DNA of 59,970 nucleotides, filler included, from Circinaria calcarea (lineage: Eukaryota), in NCBI GenBank assembly GCA_051942165.1. It is 3 parts of 3 records of this genome, joined end to end, with 100 filler letters (N's around TTAATTAATTAA, not from the genome) between each part and the next. Parts side by side here need not be neighbours in the genome. Positions count along the whole stretch, not along the records: positions 1 to 20,042 come from JAVECS010000186.1; positions 20,143 to 40,025 come from JAVECS010000188.1; 1 more part is not named here. One strand, written 5' to 3'. The number at the start of each line of letters is the position of its first letter. Within the stretch, counting starts at the first letter, position 1. A model generated the notes under the pieces. The model had not been told where the DNA came from. It saw only the letters and a list, made by a program, of their open reading frames with translations, and made no database searches. Both the position numbers and the translations under genes were made by a program. Positions 12,201 to 23,100 of this stretch are shown here, one piece after another.

Positions 12201-12621
12201 TCCCTCCGATAGCCGTTTTGATTTTGTGATGCAGAAAACGCGTTTGATGGAGGATTTGCGCCCTATGGACTTCGACTATCACATGCGCTCTCGCAGATAT
12301 GTAGTGTTCCGCGATTTTCGCCAAACAAAATCTTGCACCAGTATAATTGCCATCGCTCTGGTGGATTTCGGCGAGATCTCGCAATCCTCGAAGACGAGCC
12401 GATTCCCGTGATGTGTCCTCACTGGCGGCTTTCGCGTCCAAGTCCTGCTGAAGATCAAAAGGACCGATCCAGTATGTCTTAGTGCGACTGTGGGGCCATG
12501 CCTCTGAACCGTTTGGTGCAAAGGGACTGACCCAGGCCTTTGTCTTTGCTTTCCCGACCGGAGGTACTCGTGGTACTTTAGGGTGGGGCCCGTGCTCGCC
12601 TGGTAGTTCCACGCTAGCCAT
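9270..12621 (-). CDS. Large TPR-repeat protein (kinesin-light-chain-like TPRs), 3 exons, ~1080 aa
   Basis: Proposed ATG at 12621 (MASVELPG). Introns 10302-10250 (gtaggt..actag) and 9696-9638 (gtgagt..actag) join ORFs 10276-12873, 9668-10156 and 9270-9692 in frame. TPR motifs VYGSNHPDII (x3), LAMLYKRTHELDKAE, VFGEEHDHTI. Confidence 0.75.
11137..12072 (-). repeat. Intragenic tandem triplication of a 312-nt (104-aa) unit
   Basis: The (g/a)atatcaggatgattcgagccata motif recurs at 11317, 11629 and 11941, an exact 312-nt period. The protein unit YxTRVIxCY...RALSGL occurs three times. Confidence 0.95.
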
Positions 12622-13000
12622 TGATAGCCCCTCGGTCACAAATGGTCTGAATCTGTATTGGGTCAATGCTTCAAGCCGACCTGTTGTCGCTATGGATATA
12701 ATCCAGAACAATGCAAAACAAGACTCTCGCACAGGGTAAGGGGAAAGCCCCGGATTTGCATGAATTTTGAAAGGGCCAGATCTCCTAAGCAGCCGACCTG
12801 GCTGCGAGGCTGAGAAACCTTCCAGTAGATGATTGGCATGCGTTTTCACAGCCCTCATACGCTGTGCTTGCATTTCCGCCGTCCTGTCTTACCACTTGGA
12901 TAGGACCGCTAATATTGGTCTGAACATACAAGGCTCGTCCTTTCAGGCTCTCCCTCTCCACATGATCCCAATTAGCCGCCTTACATCATTATCATCTTAC

Positions 13001-13096
13001 TTCTAGCAAATGCCATGTCAGCTCTTTCTAGCAAATGCCTTGTCAGCTCTTTCTAGCAAATGCCATGTCAGCTCTTTTTAGCAAATGCCATGTCAG
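13001..13096 (+). repeat. 25-bp tandem repeat (~3.8 copies) overlapping the start codon of the downstream gene
   Basis: ttctagcaaatgccatgtcagctct units start at 13001, 13026, 13051 and 13076. The last copy supplies ATG 13090. Confidence 0.95.
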
Positions 13097-14112
13097 ACAA
13101 GGCAATAGGTTACGCCCAGCTCTCCCAAACCTTAGCCCTCGACAATGACCTCTCCATGTTCCGACGTTTCGGAGCCCTCAATATTCGGAATATCCTGTAC
13201 TTGCAAAGCGAGCTCCAGACGCTGGAACGCAAACTAACCAATCTCGACGGAGATGCTAATGACATTACCAAGGGCATTGCGGTTTGGAGCCAACCACGCA
13301 GCTGGTACTGGGCGATGGCGAGTCAGAGTACAACGAATGCTAGGGGAGAGAGCGAAGGGTATCGGGATGTAGTGATGAAGGTCCGAGACCTCTTGGAAAG
13401 ATATAGTATATCAATCCTGCAATCCTTTCTCTAAGGAACCCTGCGTCAGGATGATAAAGTGTCAAGGACTAAAGTCGATGATTGAATCAGATACAGCACT
13501 TCGGCACCAAGCGTGGTTGCAGTCCCTCAAGCCACCGTCAAACCGGGCCTTGACAGCTTTACAAACATATGTTCAAGCTAATCGGACGATGCTCTCCGAA
13601 GCGGACGCACAGTACATCGCCGAGGAGAACCGACCTGACTTAGTGGCATTGACGTGGAAGGAAAAGGAGGTGCTGAGCCTAATTATGGAGAAGTATCTGA
13701 GTAAGGTCTTTAGGAAGAAAGCAAGTGTATCTTCTCCTTGGTTAGTGCACTTTATTGATAAAGTCAGCAGAATGCCCCTCACTGCGACCACATCGGATTC
13801 ATCTCCGACGAGAAAATTGCCCTGGTCGTGCGTCTTTTGACCATTGCCTTGTCTTCGGTTCTCCCGATTCTCTCCATCGTGGTGCTCTATTTTGTTCAAC
13901 ACCCGGTCATTCGGCTAGGTGTCATCACTCTATGCTCCGTTCTGTGCTCCATGGCGCTGGCATTGCTCACTAGTGCGAAAAACGTGGAGATTCTGGCCGT
14001 CACTGCAGCGTAGGTATTCTATAATCAAAATTCAGACGTACATGGAGCTTACCGACCTAGATACGCTGCGGTGCAGGTGGTTTTTGTCGGTGCAAACCTC
14101 GGCAATTCATGA
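13090..14112 (+). CDS. DUF6594-like membrane protein, 4 exons
   Basis: Motifs GYAQLS...MFRRFGALNIRNILYLQSEL, DLVAL, and C-terminal hydrophobic helices ending TAAYAAVQVVFVG. Introns 13406-13490, 13721-13770 (GC-AG) and 14010-14060 all keep frame. TGA at 14110-14112. Confidence 0.85.
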
Positions 14113-15181
14113 ACGGTGCTCGCACCTTAGGTTTGTTTTCTTTTTTGGCGATATCTAGTGCTGGCAACAGCCCGCTGATCCACCTTATATATAACCCGAC
14201 CGAACTTTATCTGAACAGGCTACTCCAAAGATTTCGTAAGTAAACTGCAATTCCGTGACAGTAGGTAGTTCCAACACTTCAAAGCCGGGTAGAAAGCAAC
14301 CGACCCAAGTCTTGGCAAACCAGGCGAGGTTTCTCGCCATGGTTACTTATATACGCTCGCTTAATTAGAAAAAGTTCCAGTTCCCGGTCTACACTTAGTA
14401 TAGGTCAAAAGCGCCCGGGGGAAAAAAAATACTAGACAAGTACTCCTCCGTACGGAGTACAGACAGACCCGTTTACCAAGATTCTGTAGATAATGCTACT
14501 CTGTAGTACTCGGGAATCACTATGGTATCGCCACCGTAGACATCCCGAGAAGAAGTATTCGATTCTATTCGATTCTACGTTTTTTTTTTCTTTTTTTTTC
14601 ACTTTAACCATTGCTGTTGTGGGGGGTTTCTTAGGGGGTAACGAGCAGTTTAGAATTAGGACCCCGTTTGTTTTGGTAGGGACTTTCCTTTCTGCTAAAT
14701 TTTTTGAGATTGAGGATGGAGGATTCAGGGTAGGTAGGTATTATGGGCAATGAGAGAGGGTTTAAAAAAGGATCGTGATAGATGGGTGGTGTGATTTCAA
14801 CCAAAGGTCTTTGTCGAGTCTTGTCAAAATCGTTTTTTATTTATATGACACATTTGATAAACGACTCATGCTAAATGTACATGTGTTGCAGACATTATGC
14901 TATTGCATGTGGGTAGCCGAGCTCGTGAAATCCAACGCCACCAACATGGACACCGCCAGATGCATTGACAGGAGCCACCAGCTACGAGCCAGAATATAAG
15001 CTCAGAGAACTCCAGGCACCGACACCAAATCCTACGCATGCCCCATGCATGCTGTTTTCTGCTTTTGCCAATCCTTGAACACCTTTTTTCCTACCCATAT
15101 TCCGGAGCATGCATGCTTTCTTGAAATAAACTGAAAAGAACCTTCGCCGAGACTCCTTCCACGAACGTAAAATGATTTCAT

Positions 15182-16525
15182 TCAGGACACAAGATCGTCC
15201 AATGCCTCGTACGGAATCGGCTCTCCTTCATAATTGTCCATCCTAGCATACGACGGCGGACTGACCGGGACATCTTCATACATCGGCGGTTGCTCCTCGT
15301 CCCAACTGATGCCCATGCCCAATCTCTCCGTCACCACGAGGGAGAATTGCATTCTCAGCACCCTCGCGGAGCCAGTGGGCGTAAACGACTTGGAGTGCCG
15401 GCCTGAACAAAACTCTTCTGCCACAATCAGTTCAATGATCAAGCCGTGCGTCACGCCGAAGCCTGCTGGAGACTCAACATCACAGACTGGATTCATTCCC
15501 GGTTTGATGGAGGCTACGAATGCCATTTCGATAGAGCCTCCGATTTCTTCAAAGTCGGTCTTCCATCCATCCTTTAGGTCTTCGGATCCAATAACTTTTG
15601 TGTCTTGATGAAGTATCCCTTTACCTTCACCGCCACCAATCTTGTGCGCATGCCTCGGACAGGCCGGAGAGACGATTTTCGACTTTTCCTCAATCCGCCA
15701 GCTCATTTTGCGCAAACGCCATCGTCTTTGGTGCTCCCTTTCCGTGTCGGCAATCCCCGTTAAGCGCATTTGAACGTTGAATTCGCCAATCGGGTGTATT
15801 ACTGGAGGTAAGGAGACATTTGCTGTGAGGTTCGTAGGTGGGAAGATGCGTATCGAGTTACGTTCCATACCCGGGGCGAGCGCCCGCTGGAGAACGAGGA
15901 CTCTTTCGACTTTGATGCTCTCCGATAAATCGCAAATGCCATTGGCCGATAAAAGGTACTCGATCGCGCCAAGCCGACAGTGGCTCGTGGCGGGTAGATG
16001 ACCAGGAAGGAGGTACGAGAATGGAAAGGTATGGGTGCCCGGGGTGTAGGTGGCAGGCTCCGTCAGGAAATTCCAGCTGAATATCTCGGTCGACGTAACG
16101 GTACAATCGGGGCAGTCTTTCGAAACGGGCTTCTTGGTCGTAACGTTGGCGAGCAGTTTCATCTTCAAGCCCTTTAGCTTAACAGCGTGCCCTGTGATTG
16201 TAAGAATAAGCTGTCCGGACAGAAGGGCTCCGGTGGAAGTGGACGCTGGTCCGTATGACACCAAAGGCGGCGACTCCATCTCAATGGCCAATCGAACTGG
16301 CTGAGACGGAGCCAACTTCGGACTGTGCTTTCCCCCGGAGATTGACTTGCCCGAGAAACTCAGGCGCTTGTCTTTGTTGTGGTGGTGAAAAAGGTCCATG
16401 GTGGAGCTGAGACGACGCTGGTGGAGAACGGAGCCGTGGACAGGCTTTGAGATCTCTGCAAGACAAGGGGAGGCTTTTCTACCCATGGGTTGAGGCCAGA
16501 CCATGTTGAGGATGTGGGATGGCAT
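15182..16525 (-). CDS. LDB19: Arrestin-related trafficking adaptor (Ldb19/Art1 family)
   Basis: 447-aa ORF. Motifs MESPPLVSYG..STGALLSGQL, HTFPFSYLLPGHLPAT, RIFPPT, ARVLRMQF, and C-terminal PY motifs GISWDEEQPPMYEDVPVSPPSY. Confidence 0.9.
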   Translation of the reverse strand: MPSHILNMVWPQPMGRKASPCLAEISKPVHGSVLHQRRLSSTMDLFHHHNKDKRLSFSGKSISGGKHSPKLAPSQPVRLAIEMESPPLVSYGPASTSTGALLSGQLILTITGHAVKLKGLKMKLLANVTTKKPVSKDCPDCTVTSTEIFSWNFLTEPATYTPGTHTFPFSYLLPGHLPATSHCRLGAIEYLLSANGICDLSESIKVERVLVLQRALAPGMERNSIRIFPPTNLTANVSLPPVIHPIGEFNVQMRLTGIADTEREHQRRWRLRKMSWRIEEKSKIVSPACPRHAHKIGGGEGKGILHQDTKVIGSEDLKDGWKTDFEEIGGSIEMAFVASIKPGMNPVCDVESPAGFGVTHGLIIELIVAEEFCSGRHSKSFTPTGSARVLRMQFSLVVTERLGMGISWDEEQPPMYEDVPVSPPSYARMDNYEGEPIPYEALDDLVS

Positions 16526-19221
16526 ACTGTGTATACTTCAAGGCGGCAGAGACTGAGAGTCACTGCCGAAGTCATAATTAGCATACATATTACATCAAGG
16601 CAACTCCAGGTACAAACAAATCATCGACCACTTCGGCGTAGAAAATCGAAGACGTTTGCGGAGCGTTACGAGGTCAACGTACAAGTAGTAGTGGGTAGTG
16701 GCTGTGGAATGTTGCCAGCTTTTTGTCTTCCCTTCTCCGGCAGCGGCTGTCTACGTGCGCTTCGAATAGAGTTGGATCTCAGGCAATAATGCGGTGTTTG
16801 GCCTCGGCGGCACAGTCGTGATCGAGTCAAGAGATTGTACGGTGATGGTGCAGCTGAGATTGGATCTTCCGTGCAAAGTACATCTTCCCGCAAGAGTTCG
16901 CTGCGAGAGTGAATCCGGGTGGGGCCATTGAATCTTTAATATTTAGACGCGGGTCTAAGGTTTTGGTCATTGTGTAATGGAAATACCACAGTGGTGCCCA
17001 AAAATGACGAGATTCCCTTGTTTCTCACTATTCGGGCACGGAAGGTCAGCGCGAGTCAGGGTAGGATCAGGGTCAGGGTCAGGAATAGGGTCATGCTCAT
17101 CACTGGTGACGATGCAGGGCGGGCAAAGGGACAGGGGAAATTTGAAGGGCAGCGCCTCGAAGCGGGGCTGTCTGCGAGTCTGATTGGTGTGTGCCACACC
17201 GGAACTCCCTCCGCCTCGCAAGTCTATTTCGCACTAACCCAATTCAAGTGTGGGGAAGCCGAATCCGAATTCGTCTGAGTAACACCGGGCACGGACTCGT
17301 CTTCCAACAACCTACTACGTAGTAAAAGGTGACATGGATATATTTGTTCTCGATCTCCAGAGTCGGCGCGAAAGGTCGAAGGATGCCCACGTACAGAAAG
17401 ACGGCAGGAGTCAATGTTGGAAAGATGCCGGTAGAATTGCCAGCTGCTTCTGAAAGATGGTCCAATCTGCTGACCTGATGTGCGGGCGTGCTACCTAGCC
17501 AAGCATTGACTGGAAGTCGACACGTGGGATTCCTCCGCACGTCTCTTACGTTAGAATAATTCGGATTCGTCCTTTCGCAGACGGGGCCTTGCAGAGGTTA
17601 TTAATGTTTTTAGTAAATTGTGTCACCATCATTATCAATATTGCGAGGCGACCTCACAGACATGGATATTCAATACTGTTACCGAGTACTCCGTAGCGCG
17701 GAAGAAGCCCCGTGTGCAAAAGCAGACCTCGCGGGGAAGTTCAACCAAGGAACGGGCGTGCGGACCTCGCCTCGTATTCTACGGCGGCGCTTTTTTTTTG
17801 CACCAAACTACCAAGCACGTGATCGAGGACCTTGCTGAGACCAGCCGAAAGACCGGTTTTGACAGAGCAGTGACCGGCGCGTTTTGACGGAACGCAAAAT
17901 TCGGATGGTGGAATCGGTGGCAACGTAACTCCTCCACATCCGTCAATAGTCCAAGCTATCCTCCATTGGGTATACAGAGTACTGAGGCGGTCTTCTCCCA
18001 ATTCACGTCTGTAATACCCCCAGCGCCATGTCGGTTGGGAACACAACCCCCAACAGATATATCGGGATGTGCACCAACGGTAGATTCCGAGGCCAATGCT
18101 CCTCAGTCTCCATCCTTTGCTTGCTGCAGCCGTGATTGAAGTTACCTGCTCCTTTTGAGATAAAGAATGAAAGAGGTCAAGTTATTCCGTGACGGAGACA
18201 TTCAGTGACAAAGTAGCCAAGCAGCATCGACGGGAGACCGAGGAGTATTCTTGACTTTGGCATACAGCATATTCTGGAGCACACATACCTTGTTGTACTT
18301 CTTGCTAACGACATCATTACACAACAGCTATCGTCTATGTTCATCTATGGCCCTTTAATGACTACCCAATCTAGGACACACTAGCGAGTTGCTAACTCGG
18401 TCTTCTGGATGCGGTAGAAAAGTGGCTTAGAGGTATTTATACCAGTTTCTCTGTCCTTTGGAAAGCGTCGATATACCTTTTCCTGCGCTCCTTACCTTTG
18501 ACGGCCCCTAGTCAGACTCGAAAGATTTCTCGAGGCCCTGCCATTTTCTTCTATTTGGTTTAATACCATCTTTGCTGCTAGCGTAGCCTCCTGTTCCCCT
18601 CATCAGACGCACATTCCTGTACCAATGGCTTAACTGATGGCTGCAATTCCGGCACTGAAGGGCTGTCTTGGGTTTTACTCGCAGGCCGAGATGGCAATTT
18701 CAAGGAGGGCGCTCTCGACGTTGGTGACAGTGGCCTGGACCTGACACATTTTTGAGGAATTTCGAAAGACCGAAACAGTATTACAGTGGCTTCTCTCACC
18801 ATAGGCTATGGCTTGATAGCTGTGGATGAAGGACAGGGTGTCGGAGGGAGGCAGTAGAGATGTGTATATGCTAGCTCTCCTACTCCATTAAACTGGTGAG
18901 TTGACATATGACTAATCATGGGTGTCATATTGAGTTGTTCCACACGGTCGTCTCTGCAAAGACAAACTATTAATACACGTAGAACCAAATCAAAAACCCG
19001 ATTGGAGGCTCGCCGCGAGTACCTACGTGGTAGGTGTACACGGAAAGACACTCGTACAGGTACGATCCCTCAGCATGCATAACTACCGCCGTCGCCTCAT
19101 AACCCATCCGGTTAGGCTCCTTCTGGTGACCACTTCTAACCCTTTTCAAAACCATACCAGCCACCATCATCACGGGCTCGAACAATTTCCCCTTACTTCC
19201 CCCCTCCCCGGATGTACCAAC

Positions 19222-19404
19222 TCATCCTGCACTCATCCTTCTGTCTTCTTCACTTTGTTGCGAATGCTGACACCGGTCTCCGCTAATCAGGCTATACTCG
19301 CACCTATCGCAACAGCAATGGCCACATCCCGCACACCACCGCTGCGCCGGTACCCTTAGATTGACTTTCAGACATTGGCAGCACGTCCAGGTAGGGGAAC
19401 GCAT
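19222..19404 (-). CDS. Small Cys-rich protein with a putative double zinc ribbon
   Basis: From ATG 19404: MRSPTWTCCQCLKVN...WCAGCGHCCCDRC, a WxCCxC...CxxCxHxxCxxC pattern seen in small fungal proteins. 60 aa if unspliced. Confidence 0.5.
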   Translation of the reverse strand: MRSPTWTCCQCLKVNLRVPAQRWCAGCGHCCCDRCEYSLISGDRCQHSQQSEEDRRMSAG

Positions 19405-20042
19405 TATCGTGGAAGACGGCCGTAGAACGTTGGGGGTGAGGATCGAAGTTCGAAAAGATAGTTGAGAGGTGGTAGGTAGTAGGATGGATTCCGAAATCGT
19501 CTCGATCGCTCTGTGTCTATCTTGCCAGAGTCCCCGCTGATGGTTTAACGAGCTGGATGGGATGGAGTAAGTTGTGTAAGAGAGTTGGGTAGGTGAGGCT
19601 GGGCAGCAAGCAGGAATTTCGGAGACTCTTATATCCAACGAGGAAAGGGTGAATGTAACTAATGACTCCATTCTACTCATGGGATAGCGCGTTCACTTAA
19701 CTATCAATATCGTATCCGGAGCGTGTCACATGTACGGGACTTCATCCTAGATCATGCGTACATCTCTGACGCGGTATACCCGTCAATGGGAAGGCGAACA
19801 CTCTTTGCATTCCTCGTGGCCCCTAATTTATTGTATACCCGATTTACCTTTTTCGACTTTGACTCTCTTTCTCCCCCTTCCCCTCTGCAAATTTGACTAC
19901 TAGCCATCATCATTGTCAAACCGGGAAACCCAGCTGTCTCAGATGCTCAATCTCCAATGGCCTCTCAATCCATTCTACTATTCTACTTCCGAACCAGGAA
20001 ACCGCAACCGCCGCCCCCCCCTCCCCCCCCAATTTTCCCTTC

Positions 20043-20142
20043 NNNNNNNNNNNNNNNNNNNNNNNNNNNNNNNNNNNNNNNNNNNNTTAATTAATTAANN
20101 NNNNNNNNNNNNNNNNNNNNNNNNNNNNNNNNNNNNNNNNNN
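20043..20142. other. Artificial contig linker (N44-TTAATTAATTAA-N44)
   Basis: 100-nt spacer whose 12-mer (20087-20098) has stop codons in all six frames. Confidence 0.97.
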
Positions 20143-23100
20143 CCTCATATCCTTTATTAAAGAGCATTTCCCTGTACTCTGGTCGTTCAAGACAACTATC
20201 TTGAATAACAGGACATTAAGATCTTCGATTCCAATATGTCTGGGTTTCTTGTAAGATTGCAATAGTCCAATCGGTACAGCGGATTGATAGTGGATCCTGC
20301 CCGCATACACTAGGTTGCAGGAAAACACGGAGATGTAGCGGCATAATTTTTAATTTGTTGAGGCCGTTATCTCTACTTTTAAGGGCATCGGAAGTAATTC
20401 GGGCATATAATAATATCGGTAAGCCAGGTTCCATTGCCAGGAAGAATCAATAGCTGAAGGGTGTATTATTGAATAGTTCATAGTTTCTGCAAGTATTTCA
20501 AAGGCTCGCTGATTGGACTGCAGCAAGGCGAGAGTCTCCTAATTGAGGTTGGTAGCATTCTCCTTAAGTTTTATTAAGCTCACAGAACTCCCACGCAGTT
20601 ATGGTCAGATACAGCGGCATATCATATATACTATGCCCGTGACCTTCTACCCTACGCGATGCCTATAACGGCCATTCGTAAATTATACAGCCCTGTGGGG
20701 CACCATGGAGAACACCGGGTTAACCTAATATAAAGGGCTTGAGGACAGGATCGAGAAACTTAGCAGCAAAAGCACGCAGCATAGAATGAAAAGAGCATCG
20801 GTCTGCCATAATAATTTGACGCACATAGCATGGTAGAAGTACTCGGTCATCTATATACGTTGGGAAGTTGTACAATAATCAAAAGCATCTTAGGAGCTTC
20901 CGGAATATGTAAGAGCTAAGGCCCAAAGAGGATAGACAGCTAGGCCGAGACAAGTAAAACACTAAACCCTTTGAGGCCGCTTTAAGTGTTTCGCAAGCAG
21001 AGCTTTGCTCAGATCAGACCGGGTCGTGCCCAGATTTAAATACTTCATCTCGTACCTCGTTTCAGTGTACCTGCCCTACGCCTACACCCAACGTATTCCA
21101 AGCGTTCTATTCCCCTAGTATTCCACTGCCCTAAATCTGTCTTCGAAACCGCCGGCGTCCCGACCAGCTAAAGCCCAAGCATAGCTACATCCCATTGTTG
21201 ATAAAAATCCTAGATCTTACCTCTTGGTGTGAAGGATATAGGGTGTTCCGCTATGCTCCTAAGGTATAGGCAAAGACGCAATTGAGAATGGGTAATGGGA
21301 GCCTGAATAGTGAAGAATGTGAGAGTATATGGCATGAACTGACTGCTACAGTATAGTGCACATATAGAAAGAATATCGGACGGTATCAGTACTGCATTTC
21401 TGATTGCTATTCTGCTAAGCTATGTGTGTAAAGGGTGTGTGTGTGTCTAAGATCCGAGTCCTCCATGCCTGCCTGCCCACTCCATATGCACGCCCAGTCA
21501 CTAGTCGCCTTGGCTCCACCACATTAGCCTCGGGCTACACCCATTACCCTCGTCTCCCACCCATTTTCTCATAACTAAAGTGTATTCCGACTCCCAAGCT
21601 CGTTCCAGGGCCTGCGATTCCCGGATATGAAAGTTTGTCAATTATGGCTATTTAAAATCATAAAAGGAGTAATAATACCTTGTGCTCCACCATAAACGCT
21701 ATGTGAAAGCATACTTTGCTGTGGGTTTAAGTATAGTCGACTTTGGCTAAAGCGATTTGGATAACTGGGAGACTAGTTATCAAGATTATGCCCAGGCAAT
21801 AAGCTATAATGATCCGGAAACAGAATTATGCCGTCTTGCTAGATCGAGGTCTGAGAAATTTGAAGCGACCAGAGGCTATTTATCGAAGGCTAGAACTTAG
21901 TCCTAGGAAGACGTGCGATCAGTGGATAAGCGGGAAAGGATCATAGGTTCTTTTCACACTTTAAAGGATTCGTACACCTAGAATCTTGCTCACCTGATTG
22001 CACCAAGGATGAGTGGAAGGATAATGTGCCACGAGCCCCGATCGAAAGTGAAGCCGCCCAGGATGAGGGCGAGGCAAACTTGCATAACACAATACATGAG
22101 AAAGGCTGTTCTGAAGGAAATACCCTGGGAGACCTGCTTCCCTCAGTGGGTTCTATCGATGCCGAAGGTTATGATATACCACATTAGAGTGACTGTTACT
22201 ACCCCTGCAATAACCCAAGTGAGATTGAAGACCAAGCTCCAATTCGCTTATTCTAAAGCACTTTAACAAAAGGACCGGTTCGCAGCCACATAGACCTATT
22301 GACCTATTTGTCCAAGGTACTTAACTCATTGGCCAAACCGCGGGCGATGATATTAACCAGAGGAGGAGTTTTACCGGAGTTCGAGCCTTGGATAATATCA
22401 TCATACGACCGCTGATGAGCATTCTGGCGTTGGTATTTCCCTTCTAAACACCACTGTCTAGGATGAAGGGGGAAACCACATCAGCAAGCGTCAGCGTTGG
22501 GCGAGACTGTCCGCGAGCTGTCCGTCTAGAAGTTGTGTGATAATAGAGAAAAAAAGAAGGCGTGGGCAACCCCTATAAGATGACTCCCGGTCTCGATCGA
22601 GTTGACGGTAATTGGCAGAGAAGCGGTGATATCTGTAACTTCTAGAGAGCGGGAAAGAACCTATGGGACAGAGGGGGGGAAAACACCAGCCACGAGCGCC
22701 AGTTCCTTGAGAGCGAGATTTCAAACGTGTTGCTTGTCTCCTCTAGCATGTTCTCGGATGTCGTTCACGGCGGATAGCTAGAGCGACCACAGCTTCGAGC
22801 CCCCTTATGCTCAACGAAAAAAGACCCCTCACAGCATGGGCATACGTTTACGAGAAATAAAAAGGGCTCAGGAGGATTAGTATATATGGAGCAACGCGAG
22901 ATAGAAAGGAGCATACTCCTGAAGGCTCGGGGCGCATTGGTAAGAGGAGGTATAAAAGAAAATAAGTTGGCTGCAAACAGCTCAGCCGCCATAAGCAGGC
23001 AGGAAAGCGCATAGAAATACACACGATAGAACATTTAAGGACGACTGGGGGGTAGTGAAAACGGTTACAGTAGCATTTCCATAGCATCTATTTAGGAGAA

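Noticed and set aside
12622..12873. N-terminal 84 codons of ORF 10276-12873 as part of the TPR protein
   Set aside because: They look like an open stretch of the short divergent intergenic region, and ATG 12621 has a good context. This choice is uncertain without transcript data.
13001..13096. 25-bp direct repeats as a CRISPR array
   Set aside because: The units are contiguous with no spacers, the context is eukaryotic, and no cas genes are present.
19893..20328. ORFs running into or ending in the N-linker (also 40070-40306)
   Set aside because: They are artefacts of the synthetic spacer and its TTAATTAATTAA stops.
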